From a virus, in IMG/VR virus record IMGVR_UViG_3300043395_002359, positions 29,041-93,040 of that record: DNA of 64,000 bases. The stretch is one strand, 5' to 3'. The position numbers and the translations under genes were made by a program. The notes under the pieces were generated by a model. The model was not told the DNA's origin. It did no database searches and was given only the letters and a program-made list of their open reading frames with translations. Shown here piece by piece: positions 20,337 to 29,671 of this stretch. The stretch's first letter is position 1, and each line of letters opens with the position of its first letter.

Positions 20337-21932
20337 ATGCGCCTACACTTAGTTGGCATATTCCATACACAGCACACGCAAGAATATTCCCACTGCGCAT
20401 TTACCGGGAAGGCACTGCGCTTCCCGAAGATGCTACAGAAATACGGATACCATATCATCGAATACAGCAACGAAGGCAGCTCCAGTACGGCCGACGAGCA
20501 TGTCTGTATTCTGTCAAAGAAGGAATTCGAGGCGCTGTATGGATCTCGTAAGTCAACTGACTTCCACGGGAATGACGCAACAATCGGCAGTGCTGGTCAT
20601 ACCGCATTCGAGTCTAGGCTAATCGAACAGATGCGTCACCGCATCGAGCCTCAAGACATCATCTGTCATCCGTTCGGCCATGCCCACCAGCGGTTGATGG
20701 AAGAGTTCCCAAACAACCAACATGTTGAAACAGGCATCGGCTATCCCACACTGATGCCATCTAGTTTTCGTATATTCGAGAGCTATGCCTGGATGCATTA
20801 CCACCAGGGCAAAGAGAACAGGAACGGTCGCAACTACGAATGGGTTGTACCGAACTACTACGACCTGGACGACTGGGATCCGAGCTACGAGCCTGGTCAA
20901 TACTACGCCTTCCTGGGGCGTATCACAAGCCTGAAGGGCATGGATACGTTGCGTGCCATGGCGGATTATTTGAAATATCCAATCGTGCTCCACGGCCAGG
21001 GAGATCCGTCCGAATGGGCTCATCCCAACATCGAATATAAAGGTCCGCTTGTCGGTCGTGCCCGTAGTAACTTCCTGGGTGGTGCCAAGGCCCTGTTGGC
21101 ACCTACAGTGTTTACTGAGCCGTTCTGCGGGATGGCTGTCGAGGCGATGCTGTGCGGGACGCCTGTCATCTCGGTGGACTACGGGGCGATGACGGAAACC
21201 GTGCAGCCAGGCATGGGATTCCGCTGTCATACCCTGCAGGACTGGTTAGAGGCGACTGATGCGGTCGATGACCTGGATCGGAGGTTTATTGCTGATACTG
21301 CCCGCGCCAAGTACAGTCTGGAGGCGTGCGGTGCTAAATATGACAAAATCTTTCGACAATTAAATGATCTGTATCGCAAAGGATGGTACGAGGTAAGTTA
21401 CTTTAATTATACGGAAATCGAAACAGAAGAAAAACCATTCGCTGATCGCTTAGCGGCATGGATAAAAGAAAATATCGGTCCAGTTCATTGCTTGGATATT
21501 GGATGCGGTCCTGGAACATATGTTCGCTCGCTTCGCAATATCGGACTAGAGGCCATTGGTATTGATATTGATGAACGCGTCTATAACATACCGCATCTGT
21601 ATCAACGCAGTATGTTCGACAACAAGGCGACGGCAGAATTGGTATTATGTCTCGAGGTTGCTGAACATATTGACGAAGAACTGTCGGCAGACGTTGCCCG
21701 CTCTGTATGTGATAGCGTCAGGAAACCAGGGATCTTAATATGGTCTGCTGCGCATCCCGGCCAGGGTGGTGTTGGTCATATCAACTGTCAGCCAAAGGAA
21801 TTCTGGCAAGAATTACTGGAAGCGAATGGTTTAGCGCGTGATCTAGAGCTGGAGGAGGAGATGATTGAGCATTTATCAAATGGTTACCATATGGGATGGT
21901 TCATCCAGAACGCAATGATTTTCCGCAAATAG
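20337..21932 (+). CDS. GT4-like glycosyltransferase fused to a SAM-dependent methyltransferase
   Basis: FLGRITSLKG and EPFCGMAVEAMLCGTPVI (GT-B EX7E); LDIGCGPG and CLEVAEHI (class I MTase). Confidence 0.85.
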   Translation: MRLHLVGIFHTQHTQEYSHCAFTGKALRFPKMLQKYGYHIIEYSNEGSSSTADEHVCILSKKEFEALYGSRKSTDFHGNDATIGSAGHTAFESRLIEQMRHRIEPQDIICHPFGHAHQRLMEEFPNNQHVETGIGYPTLMPSSFRIFESYAWMHYHQGKENRNGRNYEWVVPNYYDLDDWDPSYEPGQYYAFLGRITSLKGMDTLRAMADYLKYPIVLHGQGDPSEWAHPNIEYKGPLVGRARSNFLGGAKALLAPTVFTEPFCGMAVEAMLCGTPVISVDYGAMTETVQPGMGFRCHTLQDWLEATDAVDDLDRRFIADTARAKYSLEACGAKYDKIFRQLNDLYRKGWYEVSYFNYTEIETEEKPFADRLAAWIKENIGPVHCLDIGCGPGTYVRSLRNIGLEAIGIDIDERVYNIPHLYQRSMFDNKATAELVLCLEVAEHIDEELSADVARSVCDSVRKPGILIWSAAHPGQGGVGHINCQPKEFWQELLEANGLARDLELEEEMIEHLSNGYHMGWFIQNAMIFRK

Positions 21933-21936
21933 GTTA

Positions 21937-21946
21937 GGTAAACTAT
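21937..21946 (+). promoter_or_regulatory. Putative late promoter (GGTAAACTAT)
   Basis: Motif followed by a hairpin leader before ATG 22004. Confidence 0.6.
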
Positions 21947-22003
21947 TTTAGATCGCGCCACTACTCTACGGGGCGGATCTGTTTGTTCTCCGCTTTTACT
22001 GCA

Positions 22004-22351
22004 ATGGCTCGTTCCACTGGCGTATTCCCCAGAGAAAAGTTTGATCTGGATAGCGCCCTCAAGGTTACCGCTACTTCCGCTGCTGCCGCCATCGATCTCA
22101 AGTCGATCCGCACCATCCGCGTTGTCGTTATCGGCGCATCCGGTATTGATGATGCAGGCACCAACAAGATTACCGTCAACATTGGTGGTCAAACTGTAGT
22201 GTTCAAGGCCGCTGACCTGGATGCAAACGGTGTTGGTATTGCCCACATCCGTGGCTCCCTGTGTGACGCCAACAACAACATCAGCTACACCCTTGGCGGC
22301 ACCGGCACGCTTAGCAAGTGCTATCTCGATGCTGTCGATAACGTCGCCTGA
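22004..22351 (+). CDS. Probable capsid cement/decoration protein
   Basis: 115 aa, beta-rich; MCP-like codon bias; own promoter and terminator. Confidence 0.55.
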   Translation: MARSTGVFPREKFDLDSALKVTATSAAAAIDLKSIRTIRVVVIGASGIDDAGTNKITVNIGGQTVVFKAADLDANGVGIAHIRGSLCDANNNISYTLGGTGTLSKCYLDAVDNVA

Positions 22352-22374
22352 TTTACATAGCACTAGGAATAATA

Positions 22375-22401
22375 AGGGGTGATCTTGGTCGCCCCTTTTT
22401 T
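22375..22401 (+). terminator. Intrinsic terminator
   Basis: AGGGGTGATC-TT-GGTCGCCCC followed by a T run. Confidence 0.75.
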
Positions 22402-22404
22402 GTC

Positions 22405-22773
22405 ATGTATCTTCGTAATGCGCCTATCGTCTTCGAGAAAGATGGAGAAACTTGCCTCGTATATCACACTGTAACTGCAGATGAATTGACCCAGTTTGGG
22501 TGGAAGGCGGTGGGACCCGAATCGGGCCCGAGCGAGGAAGGGGGAGCTATTACTCCTGAAGCGACGCGAGAAGAGCAAGTTATCACTCCCGTTGATCCCG
22601 AGCCCGAGCCCGAGCCAGAGCCCGAGAGCGAAGCAGAAGCCGATGGTCCAGTGCTAACGGATATGACCAAGAATCAACTGATCGAGTATGCTTCGGCGAA
22701 CAGCATCGCAATTAATCCCTATTCGACAAAGTCTGAGATCCTTGGCGCCTGCCTTGAGGCATCGAATGACTGA
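22405..22773 (+). CDS. Protein with C-terminal HeH/Rho-N-like domain
   Basis: PEPEPE linker then LTDMTKNQLIEYA...TKSEIL. Confidence 0.7.
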   Translation: MYLRNAPIVFEKDGETCLVYHTVTADELTQFGWKAVGPESGPSEEGGAITPEATREEQVITPVDPEPEPEPEPESEAEADGPVLTDMTKNQLIEYASANSIAINPYSTKSEILGACLEASND

Positions 22774-22951
22774 TTTTACTTATAGCGCTGGGCCTAGGAT
22801 TCTCGAGGATGGAACTAATCTTGACGAAGATTTTCGGGGCTGCCACCCGGTGGTCATGCGGAGAGAAATAACGGATCCCGTAAGCGATGGCAGTCTTGGC
22901 CCTCCTGGTTACCAGCCATGTCAGAAGAATCTGGACGGCAGTGATCTGTAG
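22766..22951 (+). CDS. Hypothetical protein
   Basis: ATG 22766 after GAGG, overlapping the upstream stop. Confidence 0.6.
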   Translation: MTDFTYSAGPRILEDGTNLDEDFRGCHPVVMRREITDPVSDGSLGPPGYQPCQKNLDGSDL

Positions 22952-22980
22952 GGATACTATATTATTACATCTTGAGCTCG

Positions 22981-23100
22981 ATGGCCCTTCCGTACGCTCT
23001 GGCAAAAGCCATTAGTAAGTCAAAAGGAAAATCCATGAAACCGATGGAAGGGCAAAAGCCTAAGGGTAATTCATCCCGCAAAAAGGGAGGCAAGAAATAA
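22981..23100 (+). CDS. Small basic protein (39 aa, not in ORF track)
   Basis: MALPYALAKAISKSKGKSMKPMEGQKPKGNSSRKKGGKK; motif GGGATACTAT at 22951; TAATG overlap with the next gene. Confidence 0.65.
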   Translation: MALPYALAKAISKSKGKSMKPMEGQKPKGNSSRKKGGKK

Positions 23101-23399
23101 TGGCACCCAAGAAACGCAGTACTGCTGATTTCTACGCCAGCCACCCGGAAGCGTATAAGAAGAAGTTGGCATACGATAAAAAACGTAATGCTAAACCAGA
23201 CAGAAAGGATTACAGAGCCGAACTTGCCAGAGAGCGTAGGGCAAGAGGAATAATGGGCAAAGGCGGCCCTGATGTTTCCCACACAGCGGGAGGAGGATTT
23301 AAACTTGAAAATCCCAGTAAAAATAGGGCCAGGAATGGTCATGGGAACAATGGTAGGCTTGCTCCAGGCAAGGGTTCTACCAAGCAAAAGAAGCGCTAG
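23100..23399 (+). CDS. Basic protein with degenerate HNH-like C-terminus
   Basis: K/R-rich; DVSH...ENPSKNRARN. Confidence 0.7.
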   Translation: MAPKKRSTADFYASHPEAYKKKLAYDKKRNAKPDRKDYRAELARERRARGIMGKGGPDVSHTAGGGFKLENPSKNRARNGHGNNGRLAPGKGSTKQKKR

Positions 23400-23403
23400 A
23401 AAG

Positions 23404-23715
23404 ATGCAATCTGACTTTTCGCCAAGGCTGATACTCCGGCTTATATTTTTTGTTTATGCTTATATGATGCTAATGGCTAGCGCTGGAGTAGTTAATTGCG
23501 AGATAAGAGGCAATAAAGAGTGCGGAAATCAGTGGACTCAGGCTTTCACCGTAAGCAGCGGTGCTGTCACGACACTGTGGGCTTATATCACCGATAATCC
23601 AATACAGGCAAACAATAAATCCAATAATCAGCGGTCCGGTAATTCGAGGAATTCTAGTCCTTCTCCCCCGCCGGCGGCAGAGCCGGTAACTTCCGCCAGA
23701 AGGAGACGAGAATAG
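23404..23715 (+). CDS. Membrane protein, holin candidate
   Basis: Two hydrophobic segments, basic tail, near the endolysin. Confidence 0.5.
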   Translation: MQSDFSPRLILRLIFFVYAYMMLMASAGVVNCEIRGNKECGNQWTQAFTVSSGAVTTLWAYITDNPIQANNKSNNQRSGNSRNSSPSPPPAAEPVTSARRRRE

Positions 23716-23754
23716 CCTAAGTTAGGAATTCTAAAAATAGCCCATAACAGTTAA

Positions 23755-24033
23755 ATGCCCGAAGAAGCCAAAGGGGTATCCCAAGAAGATATATACCATA
23801 GATTGGGCACCCTTGAAGGGAAGCTTGATGCGCTGATTGGGAAGATGACTGATTTTAGCCGCGACATCGATACTTGTTTTACTCGCATTCGGGTTTTAGA
23901 GGCAAATCTAAATAAAGCCATTGGTGTTGCGATCTTGATTGGCATCGTTATGCCATTTGCATTAGACGTATTGTCCAATAATGCACGTATTCATTTTCAA
24001 CCAGAATCAACCAATAAAGAACAAGTAAGGTAA
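23755..24033 (+). CDS. Coiled-coil plus TM protein (lysis-associated candidate)
   Basis: LGTLEGKLDAL coil then AIGVAILIGIVMPFAL; motif GGAATTCTAA at 23725. Confidence 0.6.
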   Translation: MPEEAKGVSQEDIYHRLGTLEGKLDALIGKMTDFSRDIDTCFTRIRVLEANLNKAIGVAILIGIVMPFALDVLSNNARIHFQPESTNKEQVR

Positions 24034-24060
24034 ACTATTGGGCGAATTGAGTCCAACGAA

Positions 24061-25200
24061 ATGTCAGTCACTAGCTGGCACGAAATAGCTAGTTTAGCTA
24101 ATAAATCTGGAGCAAAGTTTCCCGAACTATGCGCAGCTCAATGGGCCCTTGAGAGTTCCTGGGGCTCGCTGCCAACTGGTACCAATAATTTTTTTGGTAT
24201 CAAAGGAAAAGGAACCAAAAAGAAAACGCTTGAATACGTCAACGGGAAAGAGGTAGAGATAGTTGACGAATTCATGAATTTTGCAACTCCGGAAGAATGT
24301 GTCAAGTACCTGGTAGATAGATGGTATAAAGACTACGCCGGAAGATACAAAGGAGTAAACAATGCAGCCACTAGAAACAAAGCTGCTGAAATGTTGGTCA
24401 CAGAGGGCTACTGTACCGACCCAAGTTATGCGGCAAAGCTTATAAAAATAATGGATAACAACACCGCTCCTAGCAAAGGTCAAAGCATGTCAACTGAATT
24501 AAAATCAACCATGGATTTAAACAGTGCGGTGGAATATGACAAAAGATTGCCACACCAGATTGAAGCATGGAAACTACTGCAGTCTATGCTAACAAAAGAG
24601 CAGCTATCTAAATTCTTTGCCGCATACAGGAAACCTGCGCAAAAGCCTACTATCTTAAGAAAGTTTCCGCTTTCTGTCCCTTATTTCTACCAGCGCGATT
24701 CAAAAACTGGTCACGGCGAAAGATCGTGCCAGTCTTCTGCTATTGCAATGGTCATCAAATATTTCAAGCCTAGTGCTATACTTGATGACGATGACTACCT
24801 GAACTTAGTTTTAAGATATGGCGATACTGTTGCTCAGTCAGCTCACTGTAAAGCATTAAGCCAGCTAGGTTTTAAGTATGAGTTCAAGATGAATGGATCC
24901 GAGAAAGATCTAATAAAAATTCTTGACGGGGGATGCCCTATTCCCATCGGGATACTTCATAAAGGTTCAATAAGTAATCCGTCTGGCGGTGGCCATTATA
25001 TTACATTAATTGGATACGACGATAAATACTTCTATGTTCATGATCCGTTTGGCGAATTAGATCTACAGAATGGCGGATATCCAAAGGCTGGGCCGATCGA
25101 TGGCCGCATGCAAAAATATACAAGAAAGAACTTAATGAAGCGGTGGTTAGTTCAGAATGATTCTGATGGATGGTTCTGGGACTTAAGAGGCAACAGCTAA
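24061..25200 (+). CDS. Endolysin: glucosaminidase (GH73-like) plus C39-like peptidase
   Basis: AQWALESSWG/NNFFGIKG/GYCTDPSYAAKL; VPYFYQRD...SCQSSAIAM...GGGHY...VHDPFG; motif GGTAAACTAT at 24029. Confidence 0.85.
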   Translation: MSVTSWHEIASLANKSGAKFPELCAAQWALESSWGSLPTGTNNFFGIKGKGTKKKTLEYVNGKEVEIVDEFMNFATPEECVKYLVDRWYKDYAGRYKGVNNAATRNKAAEMLVTEGYCTDPSYAAKLIKIMDNNTAPSKGQSMSTELKSTMDLNSAVEYDKRLPHQIEAWKLLQSMLTKEQLSKFFAAYRKPAQKPTILRKFPLSVPYFYQRDSKTGHGERSCQSSAIAMVIKYFKPSAILDDDDYLNLVLRYGDTVAQSAHCKALSQLGFKYEFKMNGSEKDLIKILDGGCPIPIGILHKGSISNPSGGGHYITLIGYDDKYFYVHDPFGELDLQNGGYPKAGPIDGRMQKYTRKNLMKRWLVQNDSDGWFWDLRGNS

Positions 25201-25421
25201 TGAGAATGCAAACAATTATACCGTTTCTACCTGGCTACATGTTCAATGGCTATACGCTAGAGTCGACCGGTGTCGCCCTGAAGCCAACGCAGCATATCCA
25301 TCCAGAAACTGGTGAGATAGTCTACTATGTTAGACCCTTGTTTGAACATGGAGGCGCCTTTGTCGGCATGTACATACGACACAAAGGCATAGTAGACTGG
25401 TTAGAAAATGCTAACGATTAA
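25200..25421 (+). CDS. Hypothetical protein
   Basis: TAATG-coupled to the endolysin. Confidence 0.55.
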   Translation: MRMQTIIPFLPGYMFNGYTLESTGVALKPTQHIHPETGEIVYYVRPLFEHGGAFVGMYIRHKGIVDWLENAND

Positions 25422-25879
25422 ACGTTAAGATCTATCATATCGTCGTCATCCTCGTCGTCATCATTCCCCGAAACATAAGATAAGCCGGGAATGCTTTCAA
25501 CAATTGCTCTCATGTAAGTGTGTATTTTATCCTTGCTCCAATCACAATTACTATAGAGTTGCTGGCTGAGCTGATTTAGTGCCTCAGAGTGATTTGAAGT
25601 CCAAGTACCTCTACGCAGCGCATCCTCTTTCACGCTGGAAACTTGGCAGAGTATACTTAACTCATTGCCTATATCCTCTTGGTCGAGAACCTGCTCAGCG
25701 TGGTATACTCTGTCCTTGTCAACAAGCCAAAGTATGCCCTTGAACAGGGAAGCAAATGCCGTATATACAAAATTAAATATTGAACTAAGTACGTTCAGTA
25801 CCAAGTTGCCGCAATACTGCAGGGCGGATAATGCGCCCTCAAATATTCCAACTAGAAGATCGTATAAACCGTTTTTCAT
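25418..25879 (-). CDS. Hypothetical protein with acidic tail
   Basis: 153 aa; ATGA overlap with the helicase. Confidence 0.7.
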   Translation of the reverse strand: MKNGLYDLLVGIFEGALSALQYCGNLVLNVLSSIFNFVYTAFASLFKGILWLVDKDRVYHAEQVLDQEDIGNELSILCQVSSVKEDALRRGTWTSNHSEALNQLSQQLYSNCDWSKDKIHTYMRAIVESIPGLSYVSGNDDDEDDDDMIDLNV

Positions 25880-27654
25880 GTTAGATATTTTGAGCTTTTT
25901 ACGACATTTACATTCTGCATTGTATCGTCATTTTTCAAGCTTTGAGTGGGGTAGTCCAACTGTATGAGTGACATTTGAACATCATTACGCACGGCAACTA
26001 ATCTTTCATCTGGCGGATTGCCTTCCCAGAAATGCTGACCATTCCGGACGGCGGCATGCCATACCTCTAACTTGTTCTCTGACGGTCTACCCTCGACAGC
26101 TACCTTATTTTTCCTAATAAGCCATACGGCATGCGATACATGGCTGAGGGCATCGGTGCCACGAATTTCATCTAGCTGTGGCTCTTTCACCTCGTTTGAT
26201 ACGTTGCTTCTTTCTGACTTGAGGCCGACCTGATTCATCTGTGCAAGGACAAACAAATCAATGTCTACTTCTTTTGCCACTGTAATTAGTTTATACGCCC
26301 TTTCTTCCAGCATAGCGGCTGTATCCCTTGGGGCGCCTTTATGTCTAGATAATGCATGAAAGTGGTCCAAGACGACACAACGAAGGTCTGGGTTCTTTGC
26401 CTTCATTGATCTTATTGAATTGACCACTGTGTTGGCACAAGCTCCCCAAGGCGCCTCGACCAAAAGCTTGCCATTGGTCTCCTGTAAGGCAAAGGCAAGG
26501 CTTCCCACTAGATTGGTTAGACCCTCCTTGTCTTGCTCATTTGGGCTAACAAGTTCGCTTACCGTTACATATCCAAGTCTATCATCAGATGCTCTCCAGT
26601 GATAGCCGTGCTTCCCGAGAAGTTTCCTACTGAGAGACGACATCAGTCGTGGCTCTATAGAATCGTAGTCAAGTTCTGCAGAAATATAGCCAACCGTTAA
26701 TCCCTTAGTTGCTAGCGATGTGGCAACTTGACATCCTATGGCAGTTTTACCAACTTTCGTCCTAGCCGCTATTGTCATTAGACGGCCTCCAAACAGGCGA
26801 TGTGGCTCAGGGAATGAGACTCCTCCACCTATATCAAGATCGAATGCGGCAATACCTGTTGATGCTGGCCTTTTCTGGCAGATATTAGATGAAAACCTAT
26901 CCATCCAATTCATTCTTTGGCCACCAGGATCGCCCATCATCGCCTCTATCATGCCTACAGCCTGGCCCTGGTTGCCAATACTGCCACGCATCATTCCGAC
27001 GCCTTCCATGGCCTGCTGCTGCAGGTATTCGAGGGCTTCTTCTAGCTTCGTATCAGCCTTCAGGTTTTGCTTGGCGTTATGCAGAGTGTCAAGATATAAT
27101 GCTCTTACCCTGACTTGCTTCAATACGTCAAGAGCAGTATCCCATTCTGATTTTGGATCTCCGTAACCTTTAACCAATTCTGGATCAGATAGTTCGGAAA
27201 TCGTCTGATTGAATGATATTACAGGTGTTATCCTTGACGAACTATTAAGATTAGTGTAGCTAGCTATGATAGACTCCTTGGAGATTATCTGCCCGCTCCT
27301 GTCTCCGATAAAAGTTAGATCTATCTCTTTGGCTATTGCCTTGAAACGGGTATCAGACCAAAGGCCAAGAGGGACAAGTTGGCCGTGGCCAATGCCAAAT
27401 CCTGTTCTAAGCTGTCCCCACAGCTCCCTAGCAAGTCCAGGCGGCGACGACAATACGCGGCTCAGGACAATAGCTTCTTGAGAAGTAGTGTCTTCTCTGT
27501 CCTGTACCGATGTCGGCTGCAGCTTATCGACTATTCTAGCCACTTCCGTAGCCTTTTGGACATAATCAGTCCTGCAGGCTACGATCTTGCCGTTTTCTTC
27601 GGTGAGCAGTCCTAGGTCGACCGCCTTTTGTAGATAAAAGGGTAGTTCAGTCAT
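25876..27654 (-). CDS. dnaB: DnaB-like replicative helicase
   Basis: AARTKVGKT Walker A, YISAEL, VVLDHFH Walker B, VLAQMNQ, EPQLDEIRGT. Confidence 0.85.
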   Translation of the reverse strand: MTELPFYLQKAVDLGLLTEENGKIVACRTDYVQKATEVARIVDKLQPTSVQDREDTTSQEAIVLSRVLSSPPGLARELWGQLRTGFGIGHGQLVPLGLWSDTRFKAIAKEIDLTFIGDRSGQIISKESIIASYTNLNSSSRITPVISFNQTISELSDPELVKGYGDPKSEWDTALDVLKQVRVRALYLDTLHNAKQNLKADTKLEEALEYLQQQAMEGVGMMRGSIGNQGQAVGMIEAMMGDPGGQRMNWMDRFSSNICQKRPASTGIAAFDLDIGGGVSFPEPHRLFGGRLMTIAARTKVGKTAIGCQVATSLATKGLTVGYISAELDYDSIEPRLMSSLSRKLLGKHGYHWRASDDRLGYVTVSELVSPNEQDKEGLTNLVGSLAFALQETNGKLLVEAPWGACANTVVNSIRSMKAKNPDLRCVVLDHFHALSRHKGAPRDTAAMLEERAYKLITVAKEVDIDLFVLAQMNQVGLKSERSNVSNEVKEPQLDEIRGTDALSHVSHAVWLIRKNKVAVEGRPSENKLEVWHAAVRNGQHFWEGNPPDERLVAVRNDVQMSLIQLDYPTQSLKNDDTMQNVNVVKSSKYLT

Positions 27655-28650
27655 TTACTTCTCGTCATCATAACGCCAGAAGCGTTCCCTGCTGGTTTCC
27701 GGCTCAGGAACATCGGTCGGCCAGGTTGGGATTTGGTATTTCATCCTGAAGCGTGCTGGATCCAGTTTAGCGTCCCTCAGGCGTTCTTCAGTTTCTATAA
27801 TCCTGCTATCTAGTACATGTAGGCTAGCCGGATCATTCTTAGACAACTCATAATACATGAACTGCAGTTCATCATAATCATCAATAAGTGATCTGTATTT
27901 CGCTGCTACTACAAGCTCATCCTTCCTGTCGGCTTCTCGCAGCGCTTCGCCCCTTTCGTGATTCAACCCCTCATTGTACAACATATATACGTTCTGGTAT
28001 TTCTTGGATTGAGGTGATCCAATACCAATAATGCTTTGAAGGTTCTTGGACGAGTTCTCCCTCGACCAGAAAGGTGAATGCTCAACCCCTACTTTGAGGA
28101 CAGAGAAAAATTCTTCATAGCAATGAGGCTTCAGTTTTAATGCAGTTATGTGAGAATCTATCGCCTTTATCAACTCGCTACTCATTACATTTACCTTCGA
28201 GTAGTTGGCTGGCCTGTATGCGTTCCAGGCATTTTTAGCCGCCTCTAGGTAGTTTATCTTTTCAGCTTTTGGCGTCTTCTTTGGTTCTATTTCTGAGACC
28301 ATTGTTATGCCAAGCAGTTCCTTTTGAGCTTCTGCTCTAGCTGTGTTAGTGCTTTCTATCAGCTTGCGAAGCACTGGAGCCGGATTGATCAATATAAGAT
28401 GCTCTTCGGTGCCTTTAACTAACCCGAACTCGCGCAACTCTTTAATACATCTAATTCTTGTTGACCTGTGTATACCTATCATCTTATCAAGAACTGATTT
28501 ATCTACTGGCCCAAATTTCGACTGATTAGCTAAGACAATCCAAAGAAGTTTGGTGTTTGGCTGTAGCTCTTCGCACAACAGAAGCTCGAGAGGCGCTTTG
28601 GCATATACCTCCGGCTCCCAATCGGCGTCTTTGGAGACGGAGATTTTCAT
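27655..28650 (-). CDS. Replication initiator (lambda O-like, N-terminal winged HTH)
   Basis: KLLWIVL...GIHRSTRIRCIKELREFGLV HTH; upstream of helicase and beside the iteron array; ATG 28650 preferred. Confidence 0.65.
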   Translation of the reverse strand: MKISVSKDADWEPEVYAKAPLELLLCEELQPNTKLLWIVLANQSKFGPVDKSVLDKMIGIHRSTRIRCIKELREFGLVKGTEEHLILINPAPVLRKLIESTNTARAEAQKELLGITMVSEIEPKKTPKAEKINYLEAAKNAWNAYRPANYSKVNVMSSELIKAIDSHITALKLKPHCYEEFFSVLKVGVEHSPFWSRENSSKNLQSIIGIGSPQSKKYQNVYMLYNEGLNHERGEALREADRKDELVVAAKYRSLIDDYDELQFMYYELSKNDPASLHVLDSRIIETEERLRDAKLDPARFRMKYQIPTWPTDVPEPETSRERFWRYDDEK

Positions 28651-28765
28651 GAGGCCGTTGTCGCTGCCCCACAACCTAACGACACCTGATGGCCGGTCAA
28701 CAAAAGGGAATCTGTTGTTTTCGCGACGACCAACGGTTAAATTATGTTAAGATTTTGGTGACCAC

Positions 28766-28951
28766 GTTGCATCGTGCAACATAAAAACGTTGCACTTTGC
28801 GACATTCCGCGTTGCGTCGTGCAACAAATCCACGATAAACGCGCAAAATGCAACAAAACCGTGTTGCGTCGTGCAACATGGCACGTTGCACCGTGCAACA
28901 CGAACGTTGCGTCATGCAACATAACACCGGAAAAACGTTGCACGACGCGAC
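28766..28951. repeat. Array of GTTGC-N5-GC(A/G)AC palindromes (putative origin iterons)
   Basis: Copies at 28766, 28789, 28811, 28863, 28885, 28906, 28937, half-site at 28840; A-rich tract 28954-28997 follows. Confidence 0.85.
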
Positions 28952-29034
28952 ACTTAAAAAGAACTCCCCTTTGAAAAGAAAAAATAATAAGAAAAGATAG
29001 AGGGGGCCGCTGGCGCGTCCCATACACTGTGGTC

Positions 29035-29409
29035 ATGGTTAGATCGCACAACAAACGGCTGAACCTGACTCCAGAGCAGAAGGCCCTGGCTGAACAGGAG
29101 TGGCCCGAAATAGGTCGCTCTATCGCCATAGCCGTTGTCCATGGCGGGAAGACAATCACCTGGGCTTGGGAAATCCTGATGCCACTAGGGATTTACGAAT
29201 ATTGGATGCTTGTTTACTGGGTTAAGAAATGCAGGAGGAAGTGCAAGCCCACGCGATTAGCAAGGGGGAGACCAAGAGCTGTTACCTCTGTCAGTCGTCG
29301 ATCAGTATTCAAGAGTCAAGAAGACATCAAGTTGGCCATGCGCATGCTGACTGATGGTATTGATCCACAAGAGGTGATTGACACGTATAATAAAAAAAGG
29401 GAGGAATAG
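29035..29409 (+). CDS. Hypothetical basic protein
   Basis: Divergent from the initiator; TACACT -10-like element just upstream. Confidence 0.6.
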   Translation: MVRSHNKRLNLTPEQKALAEQEWPEIGRSIAIAVVHGGKTITWAWEILMPLGIYEYWMLVYWVKKCRRKCKPTRLARGRPRAVTSVSRRSVFKSQEDIKLAMRMLTDGIDPQEVIDTYNKKREE

Positions 29410-29413
29410 TTTT

Positions 29414-29656
29414 ATGGAACAAGAAGAGATTATCAATCTTCTCAGCGATGAAGACCTGGACGATTTATTTAACGCACTTGATGTACTAAGGAATGTCCAC
29501 GACTACGGCTGGCAGAACGCCTCTAACATGAAACTGCTTGCCGAAAAATACGCGAACGGAACCGTCTACCATACGCGAACCGGATTGCTCTATGAAAGAT
29601 TAAAAAAAGTCGCCTCCATCAGGATGGGCGCGGAGTTTTTCCGCTATAGTTATTGA
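29414..29656 (+). CDS. Hypothetical protein
   Basis: ATG 29414 after GGAGG. Confidence 0.65.
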   Translation: MEQEEIINLLSDEDLDDLFNALDVLRNVHDYGWQNASNMKLLAEKYANGTVYHTRTGLLYERLKKVASIRMGAEFFRYSY

Positions 29657-29671
29657 AACCGCACAAGGAAA

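Noticed and set aside
22366-22375. GGAATAATAA as a late promoter
   Set aside because: Variant motif directly followed by a terminator hairpin, so function is doubtful
28766-28951. CRISPR-like repeat-spacer array
   Set aside because: Repeats are 15 bp and degenerate, gaps are only about 6-16 bp, and there are no cas genes; fits protein-binding sites
28737-29159. ORFs spanning the palindrome array
   Set aside because: Cys/Arg-rich translations are by-products of the repeats
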